The position numbers were made by a program, and so were the translations under genes. Below, in pieces: positions 37,267 to 46,790 of a DNA stretch of 64,000 bases. Where the stretch lies: NCBI GenBank assembly GCA_016186695.1, contig JACPLC010000006.1, positions 7,283-71,282 of the forward strand. Reading direction: 5' to 3'. Within the stretch, counting starts at the first letter, position 1. Each line of letters starts with the position of its first letter. Under the pieces are notes generated by a model. That model was not told where the DNA came from, did not search any database, and saw only the letters and a program-made list of their open reading frames with translations. This DNA is from Candidatus Kaiserbacteria bacterium. Its GTDB lineage: Bacteria; Patescibacteriota; Minisyncoccia; Phycocordibacterales; UBA2100.

Positions 37267-40122
37267 TTATAACAAAGAAATCTGGGTATTGGTTTCTTTC
37301 TCGATCGAGCGGAGATTTTTTTCGACAACATTTCTATCGCTGGCCGGAACTTGTATCGAAACTTTGCCATGTTCGCTGTGATGCAGTTTCGCAGCTTTCC
37401 GAGCGTCTTGTACGAGACGCATCGTGTCTCGAATAATTCCTTCCTCACGCAGTTCTGGTGTGATGTTCGTATCAAGTAAGATTTCACCTGCTTTCAATAT
37501 CGGTGATGGCACAATTGCTTGTACATTCACTTCATCAACAACGACTTCCACAGCTTCTGAAATTGAAACGTGATCAGACACTGAAATCTGCAACGGAGGA
37601 AGTTTCTGACGAACCTTAATGCCTGCTTTATCTCGCGCCTCCAATGCTTTCGTGACAATCTCACGTGCTTTTGCCATTTTGGCGAGAAGCGGATCAGGCC
37701 TCGCGCCAAACAATCGCGAGAAAAATCCTCCACTCCGCGCCTCCGGCCACGCACTAAGGTGCACGCTCTCTTCGTCTTCCTCTTCGCGCACGGCTTGGAA
37801 TACGTGCTCCGCGAGGAACGGCATCGACGGTGCCATCACAAGCGAGAGTGCGTGGAGGACGTAACGCAATGTTGCGAGAGCAGATTTCTTATCGAGTGTT
37901 TCTTCCTTGAATCGCTCGCGCGAGCGGCGGAGATACCACGTGGAGAGGTCGTCGATGAAATCGCCGAGAGGCCGTGTCGCAGTATCGAGCCGATACGTAT
38001 CGAATTCTTTCGTCACTTCGACGACAAGCCCATCGAGTCGCGCCAGAATCCACCGGTCGAGAACATGCACGCTCCCTACTCCGCGTGCAGTTGCGTTCGC
38101 ATAGAGTTCATAGAATGCGAGAACATTCATGAGCCTTCCGACATGTTTCTTGGCCGCTTCGTCAACACCCTTCTCGGAAAAGTTGAGGTTTTCCGCCTGC
38201 ATTACCGGGCTACTGAGGAGGTAAAAGCGGAGTGCGTCCGCGCCGTATTTCTCCACAATGTCCATCGGGTCGGGATAATTCTTCAGCTTCTTCGCCATCT
38301 TTTTCCCATCTTCCGCGAGCACGATGCCGTTCACGATGACGTTTTGGAACGCATTCTTATCGAAAAGCGCGCCGGCAAGCACGTGCAGATAGTAGAACCA
38401 TGCACGAGTCTGATCTAAACCTTCGGCAATAAATTGTGCGGGAAATGCGGCGTCAAATTTTTCTTTATCTTCAAATGGATAGTGCACCTGCCCATATGGC
38501 ATCGAGCCGGAATCAAACCATGTGTCCAAGACGTCGGGCACGCGGCGCATTACTCCCCCGCATTTGCACGGTACCGTGATCTCGTCGACGGTGTGCTTGT
38601 GCAGATCATTGATTTTTTTTCCGCTTGTTTCTTCGAGCTCGGCAACAGCACCGAACACGCGCTTCGTTTTACACTTCTCGCACACCCACACCGGCATAAC
38701 GCTCGCCCAGAAGCGCTGGCGGCTTATCGACCAGTCGCGAGCACCCTCGAGCCACTTGCCCCAGCGGCCTTCTTTAATGTGCTCAGGCGACCAGTTGATG
38801 CCTTTCGCGGTCTTGAGAAGCTCACCTTTTATCTTCGTGACAGCTACAAACCACGAACTCGTCGCGTAGTTGAGAAGCGGCGTGTCACAGCGCCAGCAGT
38901 GCGGATACGAGTGCGTGATATTCTCTTTCGAGAAAAGCAGGTCGTGCTTCTGCAGATATTTGAGTATCGCGATGTCGGTGCCGAGCCGTACTTTGTCATC
39001 CTCGGAGCGAGGCTTTGCTTCCATCCCCGCGAAATCTTTTACCTCCTTCTTGAACGTACCATCCATGTTCACGTGCTGCACGAAAGGAAGATTCTCTCTT
39101 TTCAGAAGTTCCCAATCGTCGGCGCCGAATGCCGGTGCCTCATGCGCAATCCCCGTACCATCCTCCGCTGTCACAAAATCCGCCGCGTAGACTTTCCACC
39201 CGTTCTCACGATTCTTCAAATTCTTGTCGTTTACGTAATAATCGAACGGCGGCTCGTATTCGAGACCAACCATATTTCTTCCAACCAAGTTAATGTTGAT
39301 CGTTGCCGCCTGAATTCCCATTCGATTGAACGCTGGACCAGCCACAACATATGTCTCAACCGGACCGTCGGGAACTTTTTGTGACCACGCGACGTATTCA
39401 ATAGTTCCGCCCACGGCGAGAGCAACATTTCCCGGCAAGGTCCACGGCGTTGTCGTCCATGCGAGTAAGTAGACATCGCCCGATAGGCCAATTTTCTCAG
39501 GATTTTTCACCTTAAATTTCAAGGTCACTGCAATATCTTTGACGTCTTTGTAGCCTTCAGAAACTTCCTGCTGGGAAAGTGTCGTCTCACAACGCGGACA
39601 AATGTGCATAGAGCGATAGTCTTCGTATATCAATCCTTTGTCCCAAAGCTGTTTGAATACCCACCACACACTCTCCATGAACGGTTTGTCCATCGTGCGA
39701 TAGGCATTTTCCATGTCGGCCCATCGCCCGATGCGCGGAATTATTTTTTCCCATTCGTGCGCATAGGTAAGCACGCGACTTCGGCAGTACTCATTGAATT
39801 TTGCAATGCCGTACTCATTGATGTCTTTCTTGTGTCTGAAGCCGAGCTCTTTCTCGACGATGTTCTCTATCGGCAGTCCGTGGCAATCCCACCCCCACAC
39901 GCGCGGCACGTGATAGCCGCGCATCGTCCAGTAGCGCGGCACGACATCTTTGATGACGGAAGCAACGATGTGCCCATAGTGCGGCAGGCCGGTCGCAAAG
40001 GGCGGACCGTCGTAAAAAACGTATTCGCCGTTTGGCGCCGGTTTTTCAAGCGTTTTTTCAAAAATCCTGCGCTCGTTCCACCACGCAAGTGTTTCTTCCT
40101 CTCGTTTGGCGACCTCACTCAT
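37267..40122 (-). CDS. ileS: isoleucyl-tRNA synthetase
   Basis: ETLAWWNERRIFEKT N-terminus. HIGH-type PHYGH. Editing domain. KMAKKLKNYPDP (KMSKS-like). Zn-binding Cys cluster. Confidence 0.9.
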   Translation of the reverse strand: MSEVAKREEETLAWWNERRIFEKTLEKPAPNGEYVFYDGPPFATGLPHYGHIVASVIKDVVPRYWTMRGYHVPRVWGWDCHGLPIENIVEKELGFRHKKDINEYGIAKFNEYCRSRVLTYAHEWEKIIPRIGRWADMENAYRTMDKPFMESVWWVFKQLWDKGLIYEDYRSMHICPRCETTLSQQEVSEGYKDVKDIAVTLKFKVKNPEKIGLSGDVYLLAWTTTPWTLPGNVALAVGGTIEYVAWSQKVPDGPVETYVVAGPAFNRMGIQAATININLVGRNMVGLEYEPPFDYYVNDKNLKNRENGWKVYAADFVTAEDGTGIAHEAPAFGADDWELLKRENLPFVQHVNMDGTFKKEVKDFAGMEAKPRSEDDKVRLGTDIAILKYLQKHDLLFSKENITHSYPHCWRCDTPLLNYATSSWFVAVTKIKGELLKTAKGINWSPEHIKEGRWGKWLEGARDWSISRQRFWASVMPVWVCEKCKTKRVFGAVAELEETSGKKINDLHKHTVDEITVPCKCGGVMRRVPDVLDTWFDSGSMPYGQVHYPFEDKEKFDAAFPAQFIAEGLDQTRAWFYYLHVLAGALFDKNAFQNVIVNGIVLAEDGKKMAKKLKNYPDPMDIVEKYGADALRFYLLSSPVMQAENLNFSEKGVDEAAKKHVGRLMNVLAFYELYANATARGVGSVHVLDRWILARLDGLVVEVTKEFDTYRLDTATRPLGDFIDDLSTWYLRRSRERFKEETLDKKSALATLRYVLHALSLVMAPSMPFLAEHVFQAVREEEDEESVHLSAWPEARSGGFFSRLFGARPDPLLAKMAKAREIVTKALEARDKAGIKVRQKLPPLQISVSDHVSISEAVEVVVDEVNVQAIVPSPILKAGEILLDTNITPELREEGIIRDTMRLVQDARKAAKLHHSEHGKVSIQVPASDRNVVEKNLRSIEKETNTQISLL

Positions 40123-40143
40123 TCGCGTATCGTAGCAGAAAAT

Positions 40144-41799
40144 CTACATTTTTTCTGGCGCTGGAATGCCAAGGAGCCACAGGCCGTTTTTGAGTGTCGA
40201 GCGCACAGCATCGGTGAGCGCGACCTTGTGCGCCGCCGCGGGAGTGCCGTCGAGTATCTGCTCGTTGGCGTACCAGCGGTTGAACGTTGAAGCGAATTCC
40301 AAAAGGTAGTTAGTTAGCAAATGCGGCTCGAGTTCACGCGCGGCATACTCGACTGCCTCGGGAAAACGGTGCAAGAGACGCGAAAGATCCATCGGCGCGG
40401 CATTCTCATCAACCTGCGCAGAAACTTTCTGCTCATGCGCTTTCTCCATCACCCCATGCGCTCGCGCATGCGCGTACTGGAGGTATGGCCCCGAATCACC
40501 TTCGAGACTAAGCGCCCGCTCGCGGTCGAAAATGATGTCGCGCCCCGATGCCTGCTTAAGGATCTGGTATTTGATGGCGCCCACTGCGATATCTTGTGAA
40601 AGTTTTTCAGGATCTTCTGCCCTGCTTTCCTTCGCGCGCGCCTTCGCAGCTTCTGCAAGCTCGTAGAGAAGTGACTCGCCGGTGATGACGTCGCCTGTGC
40701 GTGACGACATCTTCCCCGAAGCGAGCCGCATCATGCCGTGAGAAATATGCTTGATCTTCGGAGCAAGTTCTGGGAGCACTTTCTTCATTGCATCCAATAC
40801 AACTTCAAAGTAGCCGCTCTGCTCATGTGCGGTGACTGAAATGGAGAGATCGAACGGAGACTCTTTGGATTTCATGAGAGCGAGGCCGAGCTCCTTCGTC
40901 TCATACGTCGGAAGTCCTTTTGCGGTGAGAAAGACGCGCGTATGCGGCCCGTGATAGACGATCGCTCCTTCGCTTTTGACGAAGATATCGGGGTGAGCGC
41001 CGACGATCTCCACCCCATACGGAGCAGCCTCACTCTCAAAGAAATAATGATCAAATTTCGTCCCAAGGATCTTGTAGATGTCTTCGAAATGGTCGAGTGA
41101 GATCTTGCGTCCCGCATCGTAGAGTTTGTTTATCTCACCATCTGAACGGTTATATGCCTTTGCATTGATAGCGTCGACTTCCTTTCTAACGTCAGCACTC
41201 TCCTCATAGGCCGAAGCACCGACGGTGTACGCCTTTCCTAGCGTAGCTGCGTCTCTTGGAACAATTCCGAGTTTTTTCAAACCCCAAATCGCTTTTGCCA
41301 CATGCGGCCCCACGTCGCCCTGATAGTTCGCGCGCCTCACCTCGGCACTGGTGAATTCGATGAGACGGGCGACGCTCTCGCCTATAGCATTGCTCATGAG
41401 ATGCCCGATATGAAATTCCTTAAAAGGATTCGGATCGGTGTACTCGACCATCACCTTCTTGCCTTTGTTCGCATCGTTCCTCCCCCACGTGTCTTCCGAG
41501 CATGCTTCCTCCATCGCTTTTGCAAGCGCCGAAGGAGCAAGATAAAAATTAATGAATCCCGCGCCAGCTACTTCAACTTTTTCGACTCCTTCTACATCTC
41601 CCATTTTTTCGACAATTTCCTCCGCCAGCTCCCGCGGCTTCCGCTGGGTCTCTTTCGTATACTTGAGCGCAATGCTCGAGGAGTAGTCGCCGTTCACGAG
41701 ATCTGCTGGGTGTTCGAGAGCAATATCATCCGAAACGGAAACATCGAACGTGGCAAGAGTGCGCCTCAAGGCGTCTCTGATACTTTGGGCTACCTGCAT
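40144..41799 (-). CDS. argS: arginyl-tRNA synthetase
   Basis: HIGH motif FHIGHLMSNAIGESV. MSSRTG (KMSK-equivalent). Class I ArgRS architecture. Confidence 0.9.
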   Translation of the reverse strand: MQVAQSIRDALRRTLATFDVSVSDDIALEHPADLVNGDYSSSIALKYTKETQRKPRELAEEIVEKMGDVEGVEKVEVAGAGFINFYLAPSALAKAMEEACSEDTWGRNDANKGKKVMVEYTDPNPFKEFHIGHLMSNAIGESVARLIEFTSAEVRRANYQGDVGPHVAKAIWGLKKLGIVPRDAATLGKAYTVGASAYEESADVRKEVDAINAKAYNRSDGEINKLYDAGRKISLDHFEDIYKILGTKFDHYFFESEAAPYGVEIVGAHPDIFVKSEGAIVYHGPHTRVFLTAKGLPTYETKELGLALMKSKESPFDLSISVTAHEQSGYFEVVLDAMKKVLPELAPKIKHISHGMMRLASGKMSSRTGDVITGESLLYELAEAAKARAKESRAEDPEKLSQDIAVGAIKYQILKQASGRDIIFDRERALSLEGDSGPYLQYAHARAHGVMEKAHEQKVSAQVDENAAPMDLSRLLHRFPEAVEYAARELEPHLLTNYLLEFASTFNRWYANEQILDGTPAAAHKVALTDAVRSTLKNGLWLLGIPAPEKM

Positions 41800-41850
41800 A
41801 GCCCGTATTGTAGCGCGAACCTTAGAGACTCGCTTCGATACCAATCGAAA

Positions 41851-42531
41851 TTAAAATCGTTTGATTAGTTCGTCCAGACCGGACGAGGCAGCTTTAAGAT
41901 CGTTCGTTAGTCGTTGAGCAGTTCTGTTAACCTCGCGTTTAGCGTCTTCAGGGGGTCTGCCAGCCTTTTCAAGCGCACTTAATTCATCGACATAGCGTTC
42001 AGTTCCTTGGACCGAATTTAACAAGTCGAATAACCGTGTGCGAACATTTAAAAGGTGACCAATAGCTCCATTTATCGCCCGAGTACGTCCTTCCCAAGCC
42101 TGAACAAGCTTCTGTTGTGCATCTGGGGAGAAGCGTGTGTCACTTCCGAGCGTACCGCGCCTCTCTGTGGCATTAGCAAATGTCTTCCTACCATGCTGCA
42201 TCAGGTTTCCATTATCCACGAGAAGGCCGAGAACTGGAGCAATGTTTGCCCTCAAGCCTTCGGTCGTTTTTCTTAGCGATTCTGTACTGGCCTTAGCAGA
42301 AACAACCTGTGTTGCATCAATTTGCTTCTTGAGATTAACCACCTGAATCTTTACTTCAGAGATTTGAGAAGCAAATTCGTCGATCTGTTTAACAACTTCG
42401 GCACTTTTGTCACCTGGCTCTACTTCTTTTCCGCAGGCTGCGAGAAGTGACATGGCAGACATCGAGGCGACGAATGCTCCCCCTCTCTTCAAAAATTCTC
42501 TCCGGTTCAAACCCCGTTCGAGCGAACCCAT
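41851..42531 (-). CDS. Tat-signal lipoprotein, coiled-coil, unknown function
   Basis: MGSLERGLNRREFLKRGGAFVASMSAMSLLAACGKE: twin-arginine motif RREFLK plus lipobox LLAAC. The rest is helical. Confidence 0.55.
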   Translation of the reverse strand: MGSLERGLNRREFLKRGGAFVASMSAMSLLAACGKEVEPGDKSAEVVKQIDEFASQISEVKIQVVNLKKQIDATQVVSAKASTESLRKTTEGLRANIAPVLGLLVDNGNLMQHGRKTFANATERRGTLGSDTRFSPDAQQKLVQAWEGRTRAINGAIGHLLNVRTRLFDLLNSVQGTERYVDELSALEKAGRPPEDAKREVNRTAQRLTNDLKAASSGLDELIKRF

Positions 42532-42604
42532 TAGCTGATTATAGCCTACAAATCCGAACCGACGCCCCTCCTCCGCCAAGGCTTCGGAGGGCAAAGCCAT
42601 CGAG

Positions 42605-43027
42605 CTACAACTCACTGTCTATTCCCATCGACCTTGCTGTTCCTGCAATTATCTTTTTTGCTTGCTCGATATCGTTGGCGTTCAAATCTTCCATTTTCTC
42701 CTCGGCAATTTCCTTGAGCTGCTGCTTCGAGAGTTTGCCCACCTTGTTCTGCGGCTTCTGCGAGCCTTTTTCCATATTGAGCTTCTTCAAAATGAGGCGC
42801 GAGGCTGGTGGCTTTTTGACAATGAAGGTGAAAGAGCGGTCCTTGTACACGGTCATCAATACCGGCACGACGTTGCCAATCATTGGACGTGTCTGTTCGT
42901 TGAACTGCTTCACGAACTCACCGATATTCACACCTGCAGGCCCAAGCGCCGTGCCCACAGGCGGCGCGGGAGTCGCCGCGCCCGCGGCGATCTGCAACTT
43001 AATTATCTTTGTGATTTCTTTGGCCAT
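42605..43027 (-). CDS. rplK: 50S ribosomal protein L11
   Basis: [46 protein letters not shown]... Confidence 0.95.
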   Translation of the reverse strand: MAKEITKIIKLQIAAGAATPAPPVGTALGPAGVNIGEFVKQFNEQTRPMIGNVVPVLMTVYKDRSFTFIVKKPPASRLILKKLNMEKGSQKPQNKVGKLSKQQLKEIAEEKMEDLNANDIEQAKKIIAGTARSMGIDSEL

Positions 43028-43073
43028 GGTGAATAGTTAGTAGATAGTAGAACGTAGTTCGTAGTTAAATTCA

Positions 43074-43616
43074 TTACACACGCTGCACTTGGTCTGCTTC
43101 CAACTCGACTGGTGTCTCACGACCGAACATCGGAACCAATACCTTAACCTTTCCGCGCTCTTCGTCAATCTCACCAACCTTTCCTTCGAGGTCCTTGAAC
43201 GGCCCGTCGATGATGACGACCGCATCGCCTTCCGAAAGATCGATGGCATGACGCACCACATCGCCCGAGGTACGCTTCAGAATTTTTTCAACCTCCTCCG
43301 GCGAAAGCGGGACCGCCTGATTGGCAGTGCCGACGAAGCCCGTAACCTGCGGGGTGTTGCGCACCACGCTCCACGCGTCGTCTGTCGCGATCATGTCGAC
43401 CAGCACATAGCCAGGAAACACTTTCTCGCGCATCTCTGTCTTGCGGCCTCCTTTGACCTTTATCTTTTTCTCCGTGGGAACGATGACATTGAAAATCTTT
43501 TCCTTCATGCCGAAGGATTCGATGCGCTGCTTCAGATTGCGCGCGACAGCGTCCTCATAGCCGGAATACGTGTGCACCGCGTACCACTGCCTGTCCTCTC
43601 CGTACGTTTGTCTCAT
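43074..43616 (-). CDS. nusG: transcription antiterminator NusG
   Basis: WYAVHTYSGYEDAVARNLKQRI...KVFPGYVLVDM... C-terminal KOW (GDAVVIIDGPFKDLEGKVGEID). Confidence 0.9.
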   Translation of the reverse strand: MRQTYGEDRQWYAVHTYSGYEDAVARNLKQRIESFGMKEKIFNVIVPTEKKIKVKGGRKTEMREKVFPGYVLVDMIATDDAWSVVRNTPQVTGFVGTANQAVPLSPEEVEKILKRTSGDVVRHAIDLSEGDAVVIIDGPFKDLEGKVGEIDEERGKVKVLVPMFGRETPVELEADQVQRV

Positions 43617-43621
43617 GGTCG

Positions 43622-43918
43622 TTATTCAGCAAGTGGCACCGGTGTCACCTGCAGCGAGCTCGTCGAGTCTGTTCCTATGATGATGTCTTCAGTCGAGGTC
43701 GAGATGGGCGATTCAATAGTTGTCGGAGTTTGTGGAAGAACTTGCAAAACGCGGCCGAGACCGGTCGTGAAGATGTAGTCGAAGAAGCCGAGGTAGGCGG
43801 CGACAAACAGAGAAATGCCGATAACGATTATCGTGTACATGATGGTCTGCATCTGCGTCGGCCATGCGACGTGCCGCATCTCCGCGCGCGTGTCTTTCAA
43901 GTATTGCAAGAAACTCAT
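43622..43918 (-). CDS. secE: preprotein translocase subunit SecE
   Basis: FLQYLKDTRAEMRHVAWPT...TM IIVIGISLFVAAYLGFFDYIF. Canonical position upstream of nusG. Confidence 0.8.
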   Translation of the reverse strand: MSFLQYLKDTRAEMRHVAWPTQMQTIMYTIIVIGISLFVAAYLGFFDYIFTTGLGRVLQVLPQTPTTIESPISTSTEDIIIGTDSTSSLQVTPVPLAE

Positions 43919-44205
43919 AGTCTTAAATTTGCCATTTTAAAAACCCCTCGCGGGGCTTGAAAAACATATTACTCTGCTGAAGTTGAAAGTCAAGAAAAAG
44001 AGAAAGGGCAGGCAACCGACCCGCCCTTTCCCCGCTTCGGCTAACCTCCGACCTTAACGGAGTGCTTCGACGGGTTCGTCATCGGACGTCTCCGATGGTT
44101 GTGCTCCGCAGCTGGTCCACCGAGTGCGGGAACGGGAGCACGGTCGTTGCCCTGGCAGTACTCGGTGTCAAGCGGGAATATATATCTTGTGCTGCTGAAG
44201 TCAAC

Positions 44206-45024
44206 CTACCGGATCTCGTAGGTGACACTGACGTTTGAAACAATCTTGTTCTCGCCGACAGGAATTTCCGGCCCGATCGCTTTGCTTTCGCGCGCCATAG
44301 CAACGTCACCTCCCATGCCATAGGCATACGGCATCGGCGGGTAGTAGCCGTTTTCGCTGAAGCCGACGACACGTACGAGCGAAACGTTGAGTTGCTTCGC
44401 CAATTCCGCCGCTTTCGAGCGTGCGTCGTCGATCGCCTTGCCACGCGCTTCCGCGTCAAGTGCATCCTGATCATCAATGGTGAACGAGAGACCGCTCACA
44501 CTGGAAGCGCCGAGAGAGCCGACTCCGGAGAGAAGATCACCCGCCTTCTCGGTGTCGCGCACTTTTACCGTGAGTGTTTGAGATACCTGAAACCCTCTCA
44601 GCTCCTGCCGACCGGGGGGGCAATATCCGTCGCGGCAACTTGAAGCCTGCAGGTAATCGTACTGCGGGTAGACGCTGTAATCAGCGGTCTTGATATCTTT
44701 TTCCTCGACCCCCTCTCCTTTGAGGTAGGCGTAGATGTCATTCGATTTTTTCGTCGCGACATCCTGCGCGTCCTTCACCTCTTTTGCCTCCTCTTGGATG
44801 GTCACGGAGAAGGTTGCAAGGTCGGGAACTGCAAAAACTTCCCCTTCACCAGAAACTGTAATGGTGTTTGTGGCAGTGACGCCACTTCCAATGAAGCGGA
44901 ACTCTTTCAGCGCCGAAACCGTGAGAACCAAAAGAAAAAGCGCAAGAAACCCAAGCGCGGTCGCCGCCATCGTGCGCGGCCAATGCGTTGCCTCGATAAA
45001 TTTGTCAACAGCACGTTCATCCAT
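44206..45024 (-). CDS. SIMPL/DUF541-domain protein (periplasmic, membrane-anchored)
   Basis: N-terminal TM, then TVSGEGEVFAVPDLATFSVTIQEEAKEVKDAQDVATKKSNDIYAYLK... typical of SIMPL (Omp28-like). Confidence 0.65.
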   Translation of the reverse strand: MDERAVDKFIEATHWPRTMAATALGFLALFLLVLTVSALKEFRFIGSGVTATNTITVSGEGEVFAVPDLATFSVTIQEEAKEVKDAQDVATKKSNDIYAYLKGEGVEEKDIKTADYSVYPQYDYLQASSCRDGYCPPGRQELRGFQVSQTLTVKVRDTEKAGDLLSGVGSLGASSVSGLSFTIDDQDALDAEARGKAIDDARSKAAELAKQLNVSLVRVVGFSENGYYPPMPYAYGMGGDVAMARESKAIGPEIPVGENKIVSNVSVTYEIR

Positions 45025-45109
45025 AGAGATAGTGACTGGTGGTTAGCCAATAGTGGTTAGTAAAAGATAGCATATCAATGACCATGACGTCTGTGTGAAG
45101 TGGATATTA

Positions 45110-45168
45110 CCCTCCTTCGCATCTCACACATATATATGGCAATTGTCGAGAGTGTGTGAGAAGGAGGG
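45110..45168. promoter_or_regulatory. inverted repeat in divergent promoter region (SIMPL gene <-> dedA)
   Basis: ccctccttcgcatctcacaca ... tgtgtgagaaggaggg (about 16 bp arms) around an AT-rich core tatatatggcaattg. Confidence 0.35.
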
Positions 45169-45232
45169 CCCTGCGAAGCTTTAGCGAAGCAGGGCTGATG
45201 CTTCGGAGGGCAGGCACGGTATACTGTCTGCC

Positions 45233-45826
45233 ATGGATCCGGGCTTCCTGATGGGGCTCATTGCCGAGTATACCTATATCATCATCGCCCCGGCGGCGTT
45301 AGCCCTCGGCCCTATCGTGGGCCTCGCAGCGGGTGTGCTTCTGCGCCTTGATGTGCTCGCGCTCATTCCGACCTGTCTTGCGCTCGCAACAGGAGAGCTG
45401 GGCGGAGATATTCTCTGGTACTGGCTCGGGCGACGCTACGGCGACACGTTCGTCGCCCGTTTCGGCCGCTACGTGGGAGTAACAGAGGAAGCCGTTTCTT
45501 CTGCTAAAAAACTTTTTGAAAACCATCACGACATGATCATCTTTTCTTCCAAACTGACATCAGGACTCGGATTCGGCTCTGTCATCATGTTTACCGCCGG
45601 CCTCTCACGCGTTCCCTTTCGCCGCTACATGATGCTCAACATCGCGGGACAATTCCTTTGGACCGCAGGGCTTATCTCTATCGGCTACTTCCTCGGACAC
45701 ATCTACCTCAAAGTCGGAAATGCGTTCGAGAAAGTGGCGCTCTTCGCGCTGATCGTACTCATCGTCGCCTCACTCATCGGCTTCGGCCGCTATCTACGCA
45801 ATCGCCTTTCTCAAGAAACATTATGA
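45233..45826 (+). CDS. dedA: DedA-family membrane protein
   Basis: 197 aa, 4-5 TM. DedA core ...FGRYVGVTEEAVSSAKKLFENHHDMIIFSSKLTSGLG... Confidence 0.75.
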   Translation: MDPGFLMGLIAEYTYIIIAPAALALGPIVGLAAGVLLRLDVLALIPTCLALATGELGGDILWYWLGRRYGDTFVARFGRYVGVTEEAVSSAKKLFENHHDMIIFSSKLTSGLGFGSVIMFTAGLSRVPFRRYMMLNIAGQFLWTAGLISIGYFLGHIYLKVGNAFEKVALFALIVLIVASLIGFGRYLRNRLSQETL

Positions 45827-46552
45827 GCCAGACGCTCGATCCCAGTTTGTGGAATACGCTCGTTTGAACAGAACAATCCAGATCCCGTTCAGCACCCACC
45901 TCGTCAGGAGTGGGATCCACCCTATCGCATGAGCTCGTCGGCCACTGAAATAGATCTGTAGGGAAGGATCAAGCAGAGTCCTTCCTATTTTGGACAAGCG
46001 TATAAAAAGATCGGCATCTTCTGAAGCAATAATCTTTTCATCAAAACCTCCGATATTTCCGAAAGCCGTTGCCCGTACAATCATGCATTTGCCATGGGTA
46101 AGACCAAAACCAAAAACATTATTCGCCAGGCGATAGTACGCATCAAAGAATCCGAGCACAAGTTTGTCGGCCCATGTTTCAATCTCAGGATACACGCGTA
46201 CGCTAGTCGTTAGCGCAACGAGACGAGCATTCGATTCAAAGTGTCTCAATACTGCGGGGAAAAATGTTTCGGGGTTGCGAATGCGTACATCACTATCAAG
46301 AAAGAAAAGTATTGGAAAACCCGCTTCTCTGGCGCCACGATTCCGCGCTGCGCCGATCGTTTTCGGGATCTCTCCTCGGTAGCGGACAACCCGATCCGCG
46401 TATGAGCCCGACAACTCGATTGTCCTATCGGTACTTCCGTCATCCGAAAGAATAATCTCATATGGAATACCTACAGCCCCCTTACGCAAATGTTTCAAGG
46501 TCTCCACAATTATAGATTCCTCGTCGTGAGCGGGAATAATGAATGAAATCAT
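45821..46552 (-). CDS. family-2 glycosyltransferase
   Basis: MISFIIPAHDEE... DxD (FFLDSDVR). Lower GC than flanking core genes. Confidence 0.8.
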   Translation of the reverse strand: MISFIIPAHDEESIIVETLKHLRKGAVGIPYEIILSDDGSTDRTIELSGSYADRVVRYRGEIPKTIGAARNRGAREAGFPILFFLDSDVRIRNPETFFPAVLRHFESNARLVALTTSVRVYPEIETWADKLVLGFFDAYYRLANNVFGFGLTHGKCMIVRATAFGNIGGFDEKIIASEDADLFIRLSKIGRTLLDPSLQIYFSGRRAHAIGWIPLLTRWVLNGIWIVLFKRAYSTNWDRASGS

Positions 46553-46560
46553 ACCTAATT

Positions 46561-46790
46561 ATGAATCCAATCCGCCGCTATCCTGCCAAGCATATCATCT
46601 TGGTAAGCGAGGGTGTGCTTCTGCGCCTTGATGTGATCGCACTCGGGCACATTTACCTCAAGGTCGGTGATGCGTTCGAAAAAATGGCTATCTTTGTGCA
46701 CTGATGATTCTCCTTCTCGTGTCGTTGGTGGGTTTTGGTCGATACGTACGAGAGCCTTTGCTAACGTGAGGTATTCGGCCGTGACTTTCT
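46561..46790 (+). pseudogene. internally deleted, decayed copy of dedA (5' segment fused to 3' end, premature stops)
   Basis: 46607-46631 is 25/25 identical to dedA 45321-45345. 46640-46760 aligns to dedA 45697-45818 with decaying identity. Translation gives GHIYLKVGDAFEKMAIFVH* against dedA's GHIYLKVGNAFEKVALFAL... Confidence 0.65.

Noticed and set aside
43919-44205. Expected tRNA-Trp upstream of secE
   Set aside because: No cloverleaf, T-loop (GTTCRA) or CCA-anticodon loop could be found on either strand in the gap.
44079-44477. 132-aa ORF spanning the secE-upstream intergenic region into the SIMPL gene
   Set aside because: Extremely Arg-rich (MMIRMHLTRKRVARRSTTHARKRRNWRSNS...). It overlaps a supported gene and looks like a reading-frame artefact.
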